Source: a virus. From it: 64,000 bases of DNA. The stretch is taken from the IMG/VR virus record IMGVR_UViG_3300035670_010029; one strand, given 5' to 3'. The translations under genes were made by a program, and so were the position numbers. Positions 27,369 through 37,445 of this stretch are shown here, piece by piece; position 1 is the first letter of the stretch, and each line of letters begins with the position of its first letter. The notes under the pieces are model-generated. The model saw nothing but the letters and a program-made list of their open reading frames with translations, ran no database searches and was not told the DNA's origin.

Positions 27369-27759
27369 AAATATATTGAATAATATTTTAAGTGCAGAAG
27401 AACAGGCTGCTTGGCAAAAGATACAGAGCAAGCTTACGAAACACATTAGTGATATATATCTTTCTAACTTAAAACAACTTGACGAATCTATTCCGTCTGG
27501 TACAAAATATCTGGATCACCCATTACAACCAAAACATATAAGTAACGAGCCAAGAGAAATAATTATTCGTTTACATGCCGAAGTATCCACAATAGACAAT
27601 AATCATCAGCTACAGGATATTACTGAATTATTTAATCATCACTATCATATCCCTGTTCCTGCTAACAGCGATTTTAGAGATAAATTAATACCATTTTTAG
27701 AAAAAGTTGACGATCAGGTCAGCGAATACGCCAAGAAGATACAGTCCAACAATCTCTAG
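27361..27759 (+). CDS. Hypothetical protein
   Basis: 132-aa ORF overlapping its upstream neighbour. Confidence 0.65.
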   Translation: MDENILNNILSAEEQAAWQKIQSKLTKHISDIYLSNLKQLDESIPSGTKYLDHPLQPKHISNEPREIIIRLHAEVSTIDNNHQLQDITELFNHHYHIPVPANSDFRDKLIPFLEKVDDQVSEYAKKIQSNNL

Positions 27760-27764
27760 TTCCA

Positions 27765-28187
27765 ATGCAGAAATATATTTCTCGCTATTCCAATAATAAA
27801 TTGGTATCTGCTGCACAGTATATCACTGAGTTAATATGTGAGCACAAAGCCAAAAAAGATAAAGAAGACTTACACTATAAATTTTGGGAACATAAAAAAT
27901 GGGCTGCTTTCTATAGAAATCAAATTGCTTCAGCGAATAAGTTATTAAAAACATACGATGCTAAAGCTATAATTGATGCTTTGAATAGTTCGTCAGCACA
28001 AAAAATATATTCGTTGCGAGCACCACACCTATTGCCTATGATAGAGCAAGCCCAATACAAAATACGGAATACCCCAAAACCAACAAAGCCAATCACCAAT
28101 ATAGATCGCAAAGCGTCTGTTAGTTTTAATAGAAAAAATCAAATCAATAAAAATATAGTTTCAAAATTAAAGGATCTAGAAGAATGA
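27765..28187 (+). CDS. Hypothetical protein
   Basis: 140-aa basic ORF translationally coupled to recA. Confidence 0.7.
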   Translation: MQKYISRYSNNKLVSAAQYITELICEHKAKKDKEDLHYKFWEHKKWAAFYRNQIASANKLLKTYDAKAIIDALNSSSAQKIYSLRAPHLLPMIEQAQYKIRNTPKPTKPITNIDRKASVSFNRKNQINKNIVSKLKDLEE

Positions 28188-29194
28188 GCCTCAAAGAAGA
28201 CGTTAAGAAAAATTTTGGTTCTGATATCATTTTGAGCGCTAACGCCATAGTTGATCGTGAAGTAGTCACCATCCCGGTGAGTCCTGCAATAGATATCGTA
28301 TTAAGTGGAGGTATACCAGAAGGTAGTTTTGTTATTTTAACAGGACAACCCAAATGCGGTAAAACCGTAACCTCCTTGCATTTTGCTGCCACAGCACAAA
28401 AACCTGAATACAAAGGCGATCTAAAAGAGCCTAGGGAAGTGTATTATCTAAATATTGAAGGTAGAATTAAAAAACGAGATCTAGAAGGTATTAAAGGATT
28501 AGATTTGGATAGATTTCATATTATTGGAAGTCAGCAAGGTAAAATTTTACATGCAGAAGAATATTTACAAATAGCTGAAAGAATTATTAATGAAGAGCCG
28601 GGCTCTGTATTGATTATTGATTCTTATTCAGCTTTGTGTACAGAAGCAGAAATTACCAGCGACATGGATAAAATGCAAAGAGCAGATGGAGCAAAATTAT
28701 TAGCTAAGTTTTGCCGAAAGGTGGCCAATGTTATACCTGTAAATAAAAATATTGTCATAGGCATTACTCATTTAATGGGTAATCCGGGTTATGGTAATGT
28801 TGAATGGAAAGAAAAGTCTGGACAAGCCATAGCATATCAAACAGATATTAAGCTTAAAGCCAAAATGTTCGGTCCGTGGAAAAGCAGTGCAGACGGACCT
28901 CAAATAGGACAAGAAGTCGATTGGCTAGTTATGTGTTCAGCCTTGGGGCCACCGGGAGGAACAATTAAAAGCTTTATTAGATATGGCGAAGGTATAGATC
29001 AAACTATGGAATTAATCACTCTTTGCATAGACCTAGGTATTATACAGAAGGGCGGCGCTTGGTATACGCTGGCAAATGTTGAAGATAAGCCAAAATTCCA
29101 AGGAACGGAAAAGCTTAGACAATATGTTTGCGACAATCCAGCCGTCTACGATATGTTGTATCAAGAACTTAAACAAACCATGGGGATCAAATGA
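28184..29194 (+). CDS. recA: RecA/UvsX-like recombinase
   Basis: IDIVLSGGIPEG, Walker A GQPKCGKT, IIDSYSAL, YGEGID, GIIQKGGAWY. Confidence 0.92.
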   Translation: MSLKEDVKKNFGSDIILSANAIVDREVVTIPVSPAIDIVLSGGIPEGSFVILTGQPKCGKTVTSLHFAATAQKPEYKGDLKEPREVYYLNIEGRIKKRDLEGIKGLDLDRFHIIGSQQGKILHAEEYLQIAERIINEEPGSVLIIDSYSALCTEAEITSDMDKMQRADGAKLLAKFCRKVANVIPVNKNIVIGITHLMGNPGYGNVEWKEKSGQAIAYQTDIKLKAKMFGPWKSSADGPQIGQEVDWLVMCSALGPPGGTIKSFIRYGEGIDQTMELITLCIDLGIIQKGGAWYTLANVEDKPKFQGTEKLRQYVCDNPAVYDMLYQELKQTMGIK

Positions 29195-29601
29195 ATTCTG
29201 TGATAGATCTTGATGGTCGGCTCCAGCAATGGAGCTTGACAGGATCGATTTCTCATGGTAAACTACAGAACAAGTCAGAATTGCACTTGTTAGCAAGGTC
29301 AATACTCAAAGAATGTTTCCCAACATTACAAATCTTAGAAGAAGTATCTATTCCAGTTAGGCGTGGAGAAATACTTTATTTAGATTTTTATTTACCCTTA
29401 AGTAAAAAATGTATAGAGGTACATGGAGAACAACACTATAAATTTGTGCCATTTTTTCATATAGACATTATGGGTTTTGCCAAACATAAAAAAAGAGATT
29501 CTGAAAAAAAAGAGTGGTGCGAGATCAATAATATCAAATACATAGAACTACCATATAATCTTTCGTCAGAGGAATGGAGAGCCAGAATATTAAATGACTA
29601 A
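29191..29601 (+). CDS. Vsr/DUF559-like PD-(D/E)XK endonuclease
   Basis: LDFYLP, IEVHGEQHY, RDSEKKEWCEINNI. Confidence 0.8.
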   Translation: MNSVIDLDGRLQQWSLTGSISHGKLQNKSELHLLARSILKECFPTLQILEEVSIPVRRGEILYLDFYLPLSKKCIEVHGEQHYKFVPFFHIDIMGFAKHKKRDSEKKEWCEINNIKYIELPYNLSSEEWRARILND

Positions 29602-30082
29602 AACTACCAAAGAAGAATTACAAAATTGGGATGTTCTTTTAGACGAATATGAAAAAAATATTGGTATATCTACATATATATCCGATGTTTTGCCAGAAGC
29701 TGAGCTGCAAGAATATTTGGTAATGTCTCGGGACGTTATAGAGAAATTGCAGCCCGAAGATTGTATGCAAATAGCTTATAGGCTCGGACAGTTTGCTTTT
29801 CATATACAAAGAACTATTAACAGAGAAATAGCTCGCTACAACTGGGCTGATGAAACCATTAAAGAAGTTATTGCCGATGATATCAATAACTACAAAGGAT
29901 ACGGCTATATAGAAAAATCTATGCAAGCCATCAAGCACAATGAAAAAGCCAATGCTCTGAATAAAATCAAAAAGTATGCCAAACAAAGGTCTGATAGATT
30001 GTCTTATATAGCCAATTCAATTAAAAATCTGTCTGACATTATTCTTACTATAGCAAGAACAAAGGTGAAACATGGATCTTAA
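29594..30082 (+). CDS. Helical protein, possible UvsY-like recombination mediator
   Basis: All-helical coiled-coil pattern two genes downstream of recA; function inferred from context. Confidence 0.45.
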   Translation: MTKTTKEELQNWDVLLDEYEKNIGISTYISDVLPEAELQEYLVMSRDVIEKLQPEDCMQIAYRLGQFAFHIQRTINREIARYNWADETIKEVIADDINNYKGYGYIEKSMQAIKHNEKANALNKIKKYAKQRSDRLSYIANSIKNLSDIILTIARTKVKHGS

Positions 30083-30476
30083 ACCCGAACAGATACAACA
30101 GATGATATCTTTGCTACAATCAATGCTTGAGGTTTCGCAGTCAAATACATCTAGCGAAGAAGTATCCCAAGAAGATGGGGCAGATAAGCCCGTACATACC
30201 ATCAGAACAGATACCAAAAAAATATCAAGCAAGCCAAGTAAACATAATGATCACAATAATAAGTTTGATAGTATGATGGAGTCTAGGATGCATAAAGAAG
30301 ATACCAAAATAGACAAATTGCTTTGTGTGCATGAGCCAACACCTAGACTCAGAGAATTTACTCCCATGCGCGTGGTTTGTAGAGTGTGTGGTAAACAAGA
30401 GACCATCAATCCTATGTTATTAACAGACACAGCCGAAAGATACAAATGCAACAAGTGTGCTAGGAGCGCCGGATAA
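30072..30476 (+). CDS. Hypothetical protein with C-terminal CxxC...CxxC zinc finger
   Basis: CRVCG...CNKC. Confidence 0.7.
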   Translation: MDLKPEQIQQMISLLQSMLEVSQSNTSSEEVSQEDGADKPVHTIRTDTKKISSKPSKHNDHNNKFDSMMESRMHKEDTKIDKLLCVHEPTPRLREFTPMRVVCRVCGKQETINPMLLTDTAERYKCNKCARSAG

Positions 30477-30478
30477 GA

Positions 30479-31945
30479 ATGATTCTTTCTGACCCATCAG
30501 CTGAAAGAGCTGTATTAGCTGGTATATGTAAGTATGGTGAAGATGCTTACTTAGATATTGCGGATATTATTCAGGATAGTACTTTTACTATTGATAGTAA
30601 TAGTATTATATACAAATGTCTTAAAAATATTTTTGAAAAGAATGCGAATATATCTATAGATATAGCTGCAATTTTTTCTACAGCAGAAGAACTTAATCTA
30701 AGTCATATAGTGTCAAAAAAAGAAGAGGTCCAACACCTAAAAGCTATTTTTGACTTTCCTGTTAATCTAGACAATGTTAGAAAGTTTGCTGCTAAAATTC
30801 GTAAGCTAGAAATAGCTAGGCTTTTACGTAAGCAGCTAGAAAATGCTCAAGATAAAATTTTAGACGTTACAGGCAATGAAACTATTGGATCGATTATTAG
30901 CATTGCTGAAGATACCATTTTTGACTTTACTTCTCTCTTGAACGATACAGATAGTAATCCTGCGTCAATAGGGGACGATATAGAAGAATATATAGAGTAT
31001 TTGTCTACTAATAAAGTTGATCAAGTTGGTATTCCTACTGGTTTTCCAGTATATGATCAAGCTATAGGGGGAGGGCTAAGGAAAAGCACTATCAATGTTA
31101 TAGCGGCTCGACCAAAAGTAGGCAAAACCCTACTATCTGACAATATGGGTTTTCATATAGCTAATAAGCTACAAATACCAGTATTAAATATGGATACTGA
31201 AATGACCAAAGAAGATCATATTAACAGAGTACTAGCAATGATGACCGAGATAGAAATCTCGAACATAGAAACAGGTAAATTTACACAAACACCAAATCAA
31301 CAAACAAAAATACAAGAAGCCGTTCAACAATTGAAGAATACAAAACTATATTATAAATCTATTGCTGGTAAATCATTTGAGGACCAATTGTCTATTATGA
31401 GAAGATGGTTAGTCAAAGAAGTAGGACTCAATGATGATGGAACAGCAAAAGACTGTGTTATTTTTTATGATTATTTGAAACTAATGGATAGTGCCGGAAT
31501 TAGCCAAGACCTAAAAGAATATCAGGTTTTGGGATTCATGATGACATCCCTGCATAACTTTGCAACAAGATACAAGGTTCCTGTGGTTGCATTTGTACAG
31601 CTGAATAGAGACGGTATTACTAAAGAAAGTACAGATACTGCTAGTGGTTCCGACAGAATTATTTGGCTTTGTAGTAACTTCAGTATTTTCAAAAGAAAAA
31701 CTCCTGAAGAAATCTCTGAAGACGGACCTGAGAACGGCAATAGAAAACTTGTGCCTTTGATCTCAAGACATGGAGGTGGATTAGACGATAATGACTATAT
31801 TAACTGCCACATGAAGGGTTGGTGTGCTAAAATTACAGAAGGTAAAACCAGAATAGAAATCTCTCGCGGCGCTAAACAACAAAACGATGGCTTTATTGTA
31901 GACTCTGAATATGATAACAATGAACAAACAATCCCGTTTGAATGA
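30479..31945 (+). CDS. dnaB: DnaB-like replicative helicase
   Basis: AERAVLAG, GIPTGF, AARPKVGKT, DTEM, DYLKLM, VQLNR. Confidence 0.93.
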   Translation: MILSDPSAERAVLAGICKYGEDAYLDIADIIQDSTFTIDSNSIIYKCLKNIFEKNANISIDIAAIFSTAEELNLSHIVSKKEEVQHLKAIFDFPVNLDNVRKFAAKIRKLEIARLLRKQLENAQDKILDVTGNETIGSIISIAEDTIFDFTSLLNDTDSNPASIGDDIEEYIEYLSTNKVDQVGIPTGFPVYDQAIGGGLRKSTINVIAARPKVGKTLLSDNMGFHIANKLQIPVLNMDTEMTKEDHINRVLAMMTEIEISNIETGKFTQTPNQQTKIQEAVQQLKNTKLYYKSIAGKSFEDQLSIMRRWLVKEVGLNDDGTAKDCVIFYDYLKLMDSAGISQDLKEYQVLGFMMTSLHNFATRYKVPVVAFVQLNRDGITKESTDTASGSDRIIWLCSNFSIFKRKTPEEISEDGPENGNRKLVPLISRHGGGLDDNDYINCHMKGWCAKITEGKTRIEISRGAKQQNDGFIVDSEYDNNEQTIPFE

Positions 31946-33071
31946 TCAAGCTAAACTCAAAGTTGTATGTGATCAACTGTGTGATAATATTGAAGACCTT
32001 TTGGGGTCTTTGGATATACAATACAAGAATGGTCCCAAAATGGTGTCCATGAGTTGTCCTATTCATGGAGGAGATAATATAGGAGCATTGAACCTATATA
32101 CTCAGGGAGACTCCTATAGAGGCAACTGGAAATGTCGCACACATGGATGTGAAAAAGTTTTCAAAAGCTCTATCATAGGGTTTATTAGGGGTGTCATGTC
32201 TCATCGTAAGCACGGATGGGAAAAAGATGGAGATAAAACATGTTCTTTCAAAGAAGCTGTTAATTATGCTACTTCTTTTTTAAAGGCAGACCTCAATGAT
32301 ATCAAAATATCTAAATTATCAAGAAATAAGCAATCGTTCACAACTGCTGTTCAATATATTGGAAATAATAAACCAATAATAACACCCACAGGAGGAATAT
32401 CTAGGGCAATAGTACGTAAGTCTTTGGATATACCGGCGGAATACTATTTAAATAGAGGGTATTCAGAAGATATACTTAATAAGTATGATATAGGATTTTG
32501 TAATAATCCCAAAAAAGAAATGTATAATAGGGTAGTAGCACCCATATATGATGATAATCATGAATATCTGATCGGATGTACAGGAAGAAGCATATTCGAA
32601 AAATGTGCCCATTGTAGTTGTTATCACGATCAAAACAATAGTTGTCCAGATAAAGAAAAACGATGGCTTTATCCTAAATGGAAACATAGCTCCAACTTTA
32701 AAAGTCAGAATACTCTATATAACTACTGGTATGCAAAAGATTTTATATCTAAGCTTGGGTATGTTATTATCGTTGAAGGTCCAGGGAATGTTTGGAGATT
32801 AGAAGAAAATCATATTCATAACAGTGTAGCCATATTCGGTTCTTCAATGAGTGATAGACAAAAAATTATTTTGGACTCTTCAGGAGCAATGACTATAATA
32901 GTCTTAACAGATAATGATGATGCTGGCAGGCAAGCAGCAGAACAAATTAAGGCTAAATGCCATAAAACATACAGAGTATTTATTCCAACTATCACAGCAT
33001 CAGATGTTGGAGACATGACGCAAGAACAAATATCTACAGAAATAGTAGGATACATAGAAAGCAAAATATGA
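31911..33071 (+). CDS. DNA primase (zinc finger + TOPRIM)
   Basis: CPIH...CRTHGC zinc finger; IVEGPGN and LTDNDDAG TOPRIM motifs; extra CAHCSCYH...C insert; start may be 31920. Confidence 0.9.
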   Translation: MITMNKQSRLNDQAKLKVVCDQLCDNIEDLLGSLDIQYKNGPKMVSMSCPIHGGDNIGALNLYTQGDSYRGNWKCRTHGCEKVFKSSIIGFIRGVMSHRKHGWEKDGDKTCSFKEAVNYATSFLKADLNDIKISKLSRNKQSFTTAVQYIGNNKPIITPTGGISRAIVRKSLDIPAEYYLNRGYSEDILNKYDIGFCNNPKKEMYNRVVAPIYDDNHEYLIGCTGRSIFEKCAHCSCYHDQNNSCPDKEKRWLYPKWKHSSNFKSQNTLYNYWYAKDFISKLGYVIIVEGPGNVWRLEENHIHNSVAIFGSSMSDRQKIILDSSGAMTIIVLTDNDDAGRQAAEQIKAKCHKTYRVFIPTITASDVGDMTQEQISTEIVGYIESKI

Positions 33072-33658
33072 ATACAATCATTGCTTTTGCCGGAAGAAAA
33101 CAGTCTGGTAAAACCACATGTGCTGAAGCTATTATTAGACATATAAATCAAACATCTCTCAAAGACAGTATTAAACTATACAATTTTGCTGATCCTCTCA
33201 AACAAGATGTCTGTATTAATATACTGGGATTAACATATAATCAGTGTTATGGTACTGACGAAGAAAAAAATCAACCAACAGATCTTGTGTGGAATAAACA
33301 AAGATTATCGGCTAGGGAAGTTATGCAATTTGTTGGAACTGACATTTTTCGCAAAATGAAACCCAATGTTTGGGCGGATGCCACTGTTACTAAAATAAAA
33401 ACAGAAAACCATGATTATGCTGTTATAGCAGACTGTCGGTTTCCAAATGAGGTTGAGGCCATAAAAAATGCTGGTGGTACTGTTATAAAACTAACACGAA
33501 ACCCACATAATTCTGATCATATTAGTGAAACAGCTTTGGATCCAACAAATTATAATCCTTCAAATTTTGATTACGTGCTAGACAATGTTAATTTGTCTAT
33601 AGATGATCAAAACTTTCTGGCTATACAATACCTAAAAACCATTAAAGTCTTACCATGA
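33068..33658 (+). CDS. Deoxynucleoside monophosphate kinase (T4 gp1-like)
   Basis: AGRKQSGKTT, FADPLK, REVMQFVGTD, DCRFPNE, HISE. Confidence 0.9.
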   Translation: MNTIIAFAGRKQSGKTTCAEAIIRHINQTSLKDSIKLYNFADPLKQDVCINILGLTYNQCYGTDEEKNQPTDLVWNKQRLSAREVMQFVGTDIFRKMKPNVWADATVTKIKTENHDYAVIADCRFPNEVEAIKNAGGTVIKLTRNPHNSDHISETALDPTNYNPSNFDYVLDNVNLSIDDQNFLAIQYLKTIKVLP

Positions 33659-34698
33659 TTATTGCTTATCTGCGTAGTTCTAGCTATAATACCCATTCTA
33701 TGTGTGAAATGCAATATTTTTTAGAGTATGTATTAGGCAACAGGTCTCCTTCCGGGAAAAAGGCTGATAAAGGCACAATATGCCATAAGGCATTAGAAAT
33801 ATTAGCTTTTATCAAACTTAACCAACAAAATAATAACGAAACATTTGAAGATGATATAATAGGATTAGTAAACGTTAATACCTACAATTTGGATACTATT
33901 ATAGACCAAGTATACAAACACTATACATCACAATTTACACATCACATATGGGAGACTAGGGACTACAAGGATTGTCATAGCTGGATTTATAAAGCAATTA
34001 ATTATAATGATGGTATGTTCGACCCAAGAAACCACCATATAGTTCAGCCCGAACAACATTTTGATATAGAAATTAAGAGGCCGTGGTCTGCATATAAATA
34101 TGATACTCCAGACGGTGTTATGTCGGGCCATCTGGCAATTAAAGGAACCATAGATCTAATCACAAAGGTTAATGATAACACACTAGAAATCATAGACTAT
34201 AAAACAGGAAGAAGACTGGATTGGGCAACAGGACAAGAAAAAACTCCAGAAAAACTACAAAATGATCCTCAGTTAAGAATATATCATTATGCAATTCAGC
34301 ATCTGTATCCGGATATAGATCATGTTATTGTATCGATTAATTTTATTAACGATGGAGGTATGTTTTCGATCTGTTTTGACAAGTCAGATCTATATCAAAC
34401 AGAAATGATGCTAAAACAAAAATTTGAAACTATCAAAAACACACAAATACCTAGACTTAATAAGACCTGGAAATGTACTAAATTATGTCATTTCGGCAAA
34501 AGCACGTTTGAAAATACCAATATTCTGCCCATTATAGAATACAGAGATAACCAAGTCACACCCAACGGTCAATTTATGACAAAATGTGAGCAAGTCCATC
34601 ACGATATTTCTCTAAAAGGCGTTAAAACAGTCATTGACGAATACACTCGCCCAGGTTATACTGTGGGTCAGTACAAGGCACCAGGAAGCGTAGAATGA
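33655..34698 (+). CDS. PD-(D/E)XK exonuclease (RecB/AddB/Cas4-like, probable Fe-S cysteines)
   Basis: SSSYN...C, GTICHKALE, KGTIDL, IDYKTG, QLRIY, CTKLCH...C. Confidence 0.85.
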   Translation: MIIAYLRSSSYNTHSMCEMQYFLEYVLGNRSPSGKKADKGTICHKALEILAFIKLNQQNNNETFEDDIIGLVNVNTYNLDTIIDQVYKHYTSQFTHHIWETRDYKDCHSWIYKAINYNDGMFDPRNHHIVQPEQHFDIEIKRPWSAYKYDTPDGVMSGHLAIKGTIDLITKVNDNTLEIIDYKTGRRLDWATGQEKTPEKLQNDPQLRIYHYAIQHLYPDIDHVIVSINFINDGGMFSICFDKSDLYQTEMMLKQKFETIKNTQIPRLNKTWKCTKLCHFGKSTFENTNILPIIEYRDNQVTPNGQFMTKCEQVHHDISLKGVKTVIDEYTRPGYTVGQYKAPGSVE

Positions 34699-36566
34699 AC
34701 TATATACCACTTCACTGTCATTCCATGTTTTCTCTTTTGGACGGACTCTCAAAACCTGAACAAATGGCTGATAGGTGCAAAGAGATAGGAGCAACAGCAT
34801 GTGCCATCACGGATCACGGAAACATAGCTGGAGCGGTTAAGTTTTATCTCGCTATGAAAAAGGCCGGAATTAAACCAATTTTGGGTTGCGAATTATATAT
34901 TTGCAAAGAACACCCCTCTATTAAAACCAAAGAGAACAAAAAACTAAGTCATTTTATAGTTTTAGCCCAAAATTATCAAGGATGGAAGGATCTAATCAAA
35001 CTTGTTTCAGAATCAAATAGACCCGAATTTTATTATCATAAACCTAGACTCGATATAAAAACTCTATCGGTCATATCTCATAGTAATTTTATTGGTATAA
35101 CAGGACATCTTGGTTCAACACTTGCTGACCTTATCATAGAACAAGATCAGCTTGTCGATAACTGGGAAAAAATCGGAATAGAGCATATAAATACTTTAAA
35201 GTCTATCTTTGATGATAGATTATTTTTAGAAGCACAATTGATGGACCAAGACAATTTGCCTGTACAAAAAGTATTAACAGACGCCATTAGAAAACTTGGT
35301 AAAAAGACATCAACCAAAGTTATTTGTACCCCAGATGCCCATTACTGCAACAAAGAAGACGCTGTTGATCAAAGGGTTTTATTATGTAACAATCTGAAAA
35401 CGACTTTTTCTGAGGTCAACTCTAAACTTATCAATAATGAAGACATAGCCATGGGTTGTTTTTTTTATTCCGACAATTACCACATTCTTTCTCAAGAAGA
35501 AATGTCGGCACTACACGAACCTATAGAGATAGAAAATACTAACTATGTTGCTAATCTTATCGAAGATTATGATATTATCAGTAAGCCAAGATTGCCTCCT
35601 TTTAAATGTCCTAATAATATGGACGACGCAGAGTATCTTAGGGAACTATGTCGCCAAGGATGGAAAAAGAAAATAGCTAATGTTATTCCAAAAGAAGAAC
35701 ATCAAAAATATGTAGACAGAATTAAATATGAATTAGATGTTTTGCAGGGTGCTGATCTTAGTAGTTATTTTTTGATAGTGCAGGATATCGTTAATTATGT
35801 TAGAGATAACGGGTGGTTGCCTGGACCCGGCAGAGGTAGTGCTGCTGGGTGTCTTGTTTCTTATTTGATTGGTATTACTAACATAGACCCCATACAGTAT
35901 AATCTATTGTTTGACAGATTTTACAATTCTGGTAGAAATTCTGCTGACCATATCTCAATGCCCGATATTGATGTAGACGTTCCGATCAATAAAAGAGAAC
36001 AAATTATACAATATATCAAAGATAAATATGGACAAGATAAAGTTTCTCAAATGGTTACATTCAATACCATCAAAGGTAGAGGGTCATTAAAAGATGTTCT
36101 AAGAGTATATGGCAACATATCATTTGATGAAATGAACCAAATCACTAAAAATATTCCAGACGAAGCCAAGATAGCAGACGAGCTTCAAGAAATGAAGGAA
36201 GAAACAGGAGAATCATCAATCGTTAGATGGGCATTAGAAAACCAGCCAGATAAGCTAAAAGAATGGTGTTATGTAGACGATAACAACGAAATACAAGGAC
36301 CACTTGCAAAAAGATTCGAACAGGCTATAAGATTAGAAGGAGTAAAATCCAATCAATCCAAACACGCTGCCGGTATTGCTATTTCAGCAGAGCCTTTATC
36401 TGATGTGTGTCCTATGGTTTATGATGCTAAAAACGACCAGCTTATTGCCGGAATGGAAATGCAAGACCTCGAAGCTATAGGGGTTATTAAATTTGATATA
36501 TTGGGTATAGCATATTTAGATAAAATCATGTGTATCTCAGACCTATTAAAAAATAAGGAGAGTTAA
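34695..36566 (+). CDS. dnaE: DNA polymerase III alpha, N-terminal half (PHP + palm + thumb)
   Basis: HCHSMFSLLDG, TDHGN, GCE, DAHY, GPGRGSAAG, MPDIDVD, HAAG, KFDILG; ends about 19 residues after the last palm motif. Confidence 0.95.
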   Translation: MNYIPLHCHSMFSLLDGLSKPEQMADRCKEIGATACAITDHGNIAGAVKFYLAMKKAGIKPILGCELYICKEHPSIKTKENKKLSHFIVLAQNYQGWKDLIKLVSESNRPEFYYHKPRLDIKTLSVISHSNFIGITGHLGSTLADLIIEQDQLVDNWEKIGIEHINTLKSIFDDRLFLEAQLMDQDNLPVQKVLTDAIRKLGKKTSTKVICTPDAHYCNKEDAVDQRVLLCNNLKTTFSEVNSKLINNEDIAMGCFFYSDNYHILSQEEMSALHEPIEIENTNYVANLIEDYDIISKPRLPPFKCPNNMDDAEYLRELCRQGWKKKIANVIPKEEHQKYVDRIKYELDVLQGADLSSYFLIVQDIVNYVRDNGWLPGPGRGSAAGCLVSYLIGITNIDPIQYNLLFDRFYNSGRNSADHISMPDIDVDVPINKREQIIQYIKDKYGQDKVSQMVTFNTIKGRGSLKDVLRVYGNISFDEMNQITKNIPDEAKIADELQEMKEETGESSIVRWALENQPDKLKEWCYVDDNNEIQGPLAKRFEQAIRLEGVKSNQSKHAAGIAISAEPLSDVCPMVYDAKNDQLIAGMEMQDLEAIGVIKFDILGIAYLDKIMCISDLLKNKES

Positions 36567-36571
36567 AATAT

Positions 36572-36754
36572 ATGTCAATTAAAAAATTTTTTGATATACC
36601 AGTAGGAACCACTTTTACTCTTAATAATGTTGAATACGTAAAAGTTACAGAAGATAGAATTTCGTGCTGCAAGGTTTTGAATGCAGAAACCGTAACAGAA
36701 CCCAAAACTAAGATTCAGGTTATCCCTATTACAGAAGTTGAAGTTAAAGACTAA
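36572..36754 (+). CDS. Small beta-rich hypothetical protein between the dnaE halves
   Basis: 60 aa; AAGGAG RBS; TAATG coupling to the next gene. Confidence 0.7.
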   Translation: MSIKKFFDIPVGTTFTLNNVEYVKVTEDRISCCKVLNAETVTEPKTKIQVIPITEVEVKD

Positions 36755-37443
36755 TGATTAATTACAACAAAATTTGTGTTTTCGATTTTGAAACCGACGG
36801 GTCTAATCCTTTTGAGTGTAGTCCAGTGCAACTTGCTGCTATTATGATAGATCCGATTAAGCTGGATATTGTTCCTAACTCTGATTTTAATATTTACTTC
36901 AAGCCAGAAGTTTTAGAAAAAGATGACAATTACCAGTATACTACAGACATATTAGATTTTCATGCGAAGGTAAAAGGATCATCAAAAGATGATATTCTGC
37001 AAGAATGGAAAAAATATCCGTCTCAGGAACATTCCTGGTCAATGTTTGTTAATTACTTAGAGAAGTATCATACCAGAGCATCTAAAAAAAGCCAGTTTTC
37101 TGCACCTATAGCTTCTGGTTACAATATATATCGATTTGATTTACATATTATAGATCGTCTCAGCAAAAAATATGGAAACACCAACAAAGAAGACAGAACA
37201 AATCTGTTCTATCCAAGAGATGTTGTTGATATTATGAATTTAATATTCTATTGGTTTGAAAATAATAATGACCTTAAAAATTATACTCTTGATTCTTTAA
37301 GAGAATATTTTGGAATTTCAAAAGAAGGAGCACACGATGCAGCTAAGGATATACAAGACAGCGCAGAAATCTTGATAAGATTCTTGAGACTCCACCGAAA
37401 TTTGTCACAAAAAATTAAGTTTAAAAACGCTTTTGCTTCATAA
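36754..37443 (+). CDS. dnaQ: DEDDh 3'-5' exonuclease (DnaQ/epsilon-like)
   Basis: VFDFETDG (ExoI), GYNIYRFD (ExoII), AHDAAKD (ExoIII). Confidence 0.88.
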   Translation: MINYNKICVFDFETDGSNPFECSPVQLAAIMIDPIKLDIVPNSDFNIYFKPEVLEKDDNYQYTTDILDFHAKVKGSSKDDILQEWKKYPSQEHSWSMFVNYLEKYHTRASKKSQFSAPIASGYNIYRFDLHIIDRLSKKYGNTNKEDRTNLFYPRDVVDIMNLIFYWFENNNDLKNYTLDSLREYFGISKEGAHDAAKDIQDSAEILIRFLRLHRNLSQKIKFKNAFAS

Positions 37444-37445
37444 TA

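Noticed and set aside
33655-34698. Cas4 as evidence of a CRISPR-Cas system
   Set aside because: No repeat-spacer array or other cas genes; stand-alone Cas4/RecB-like nucleases are common in phage replication modules.
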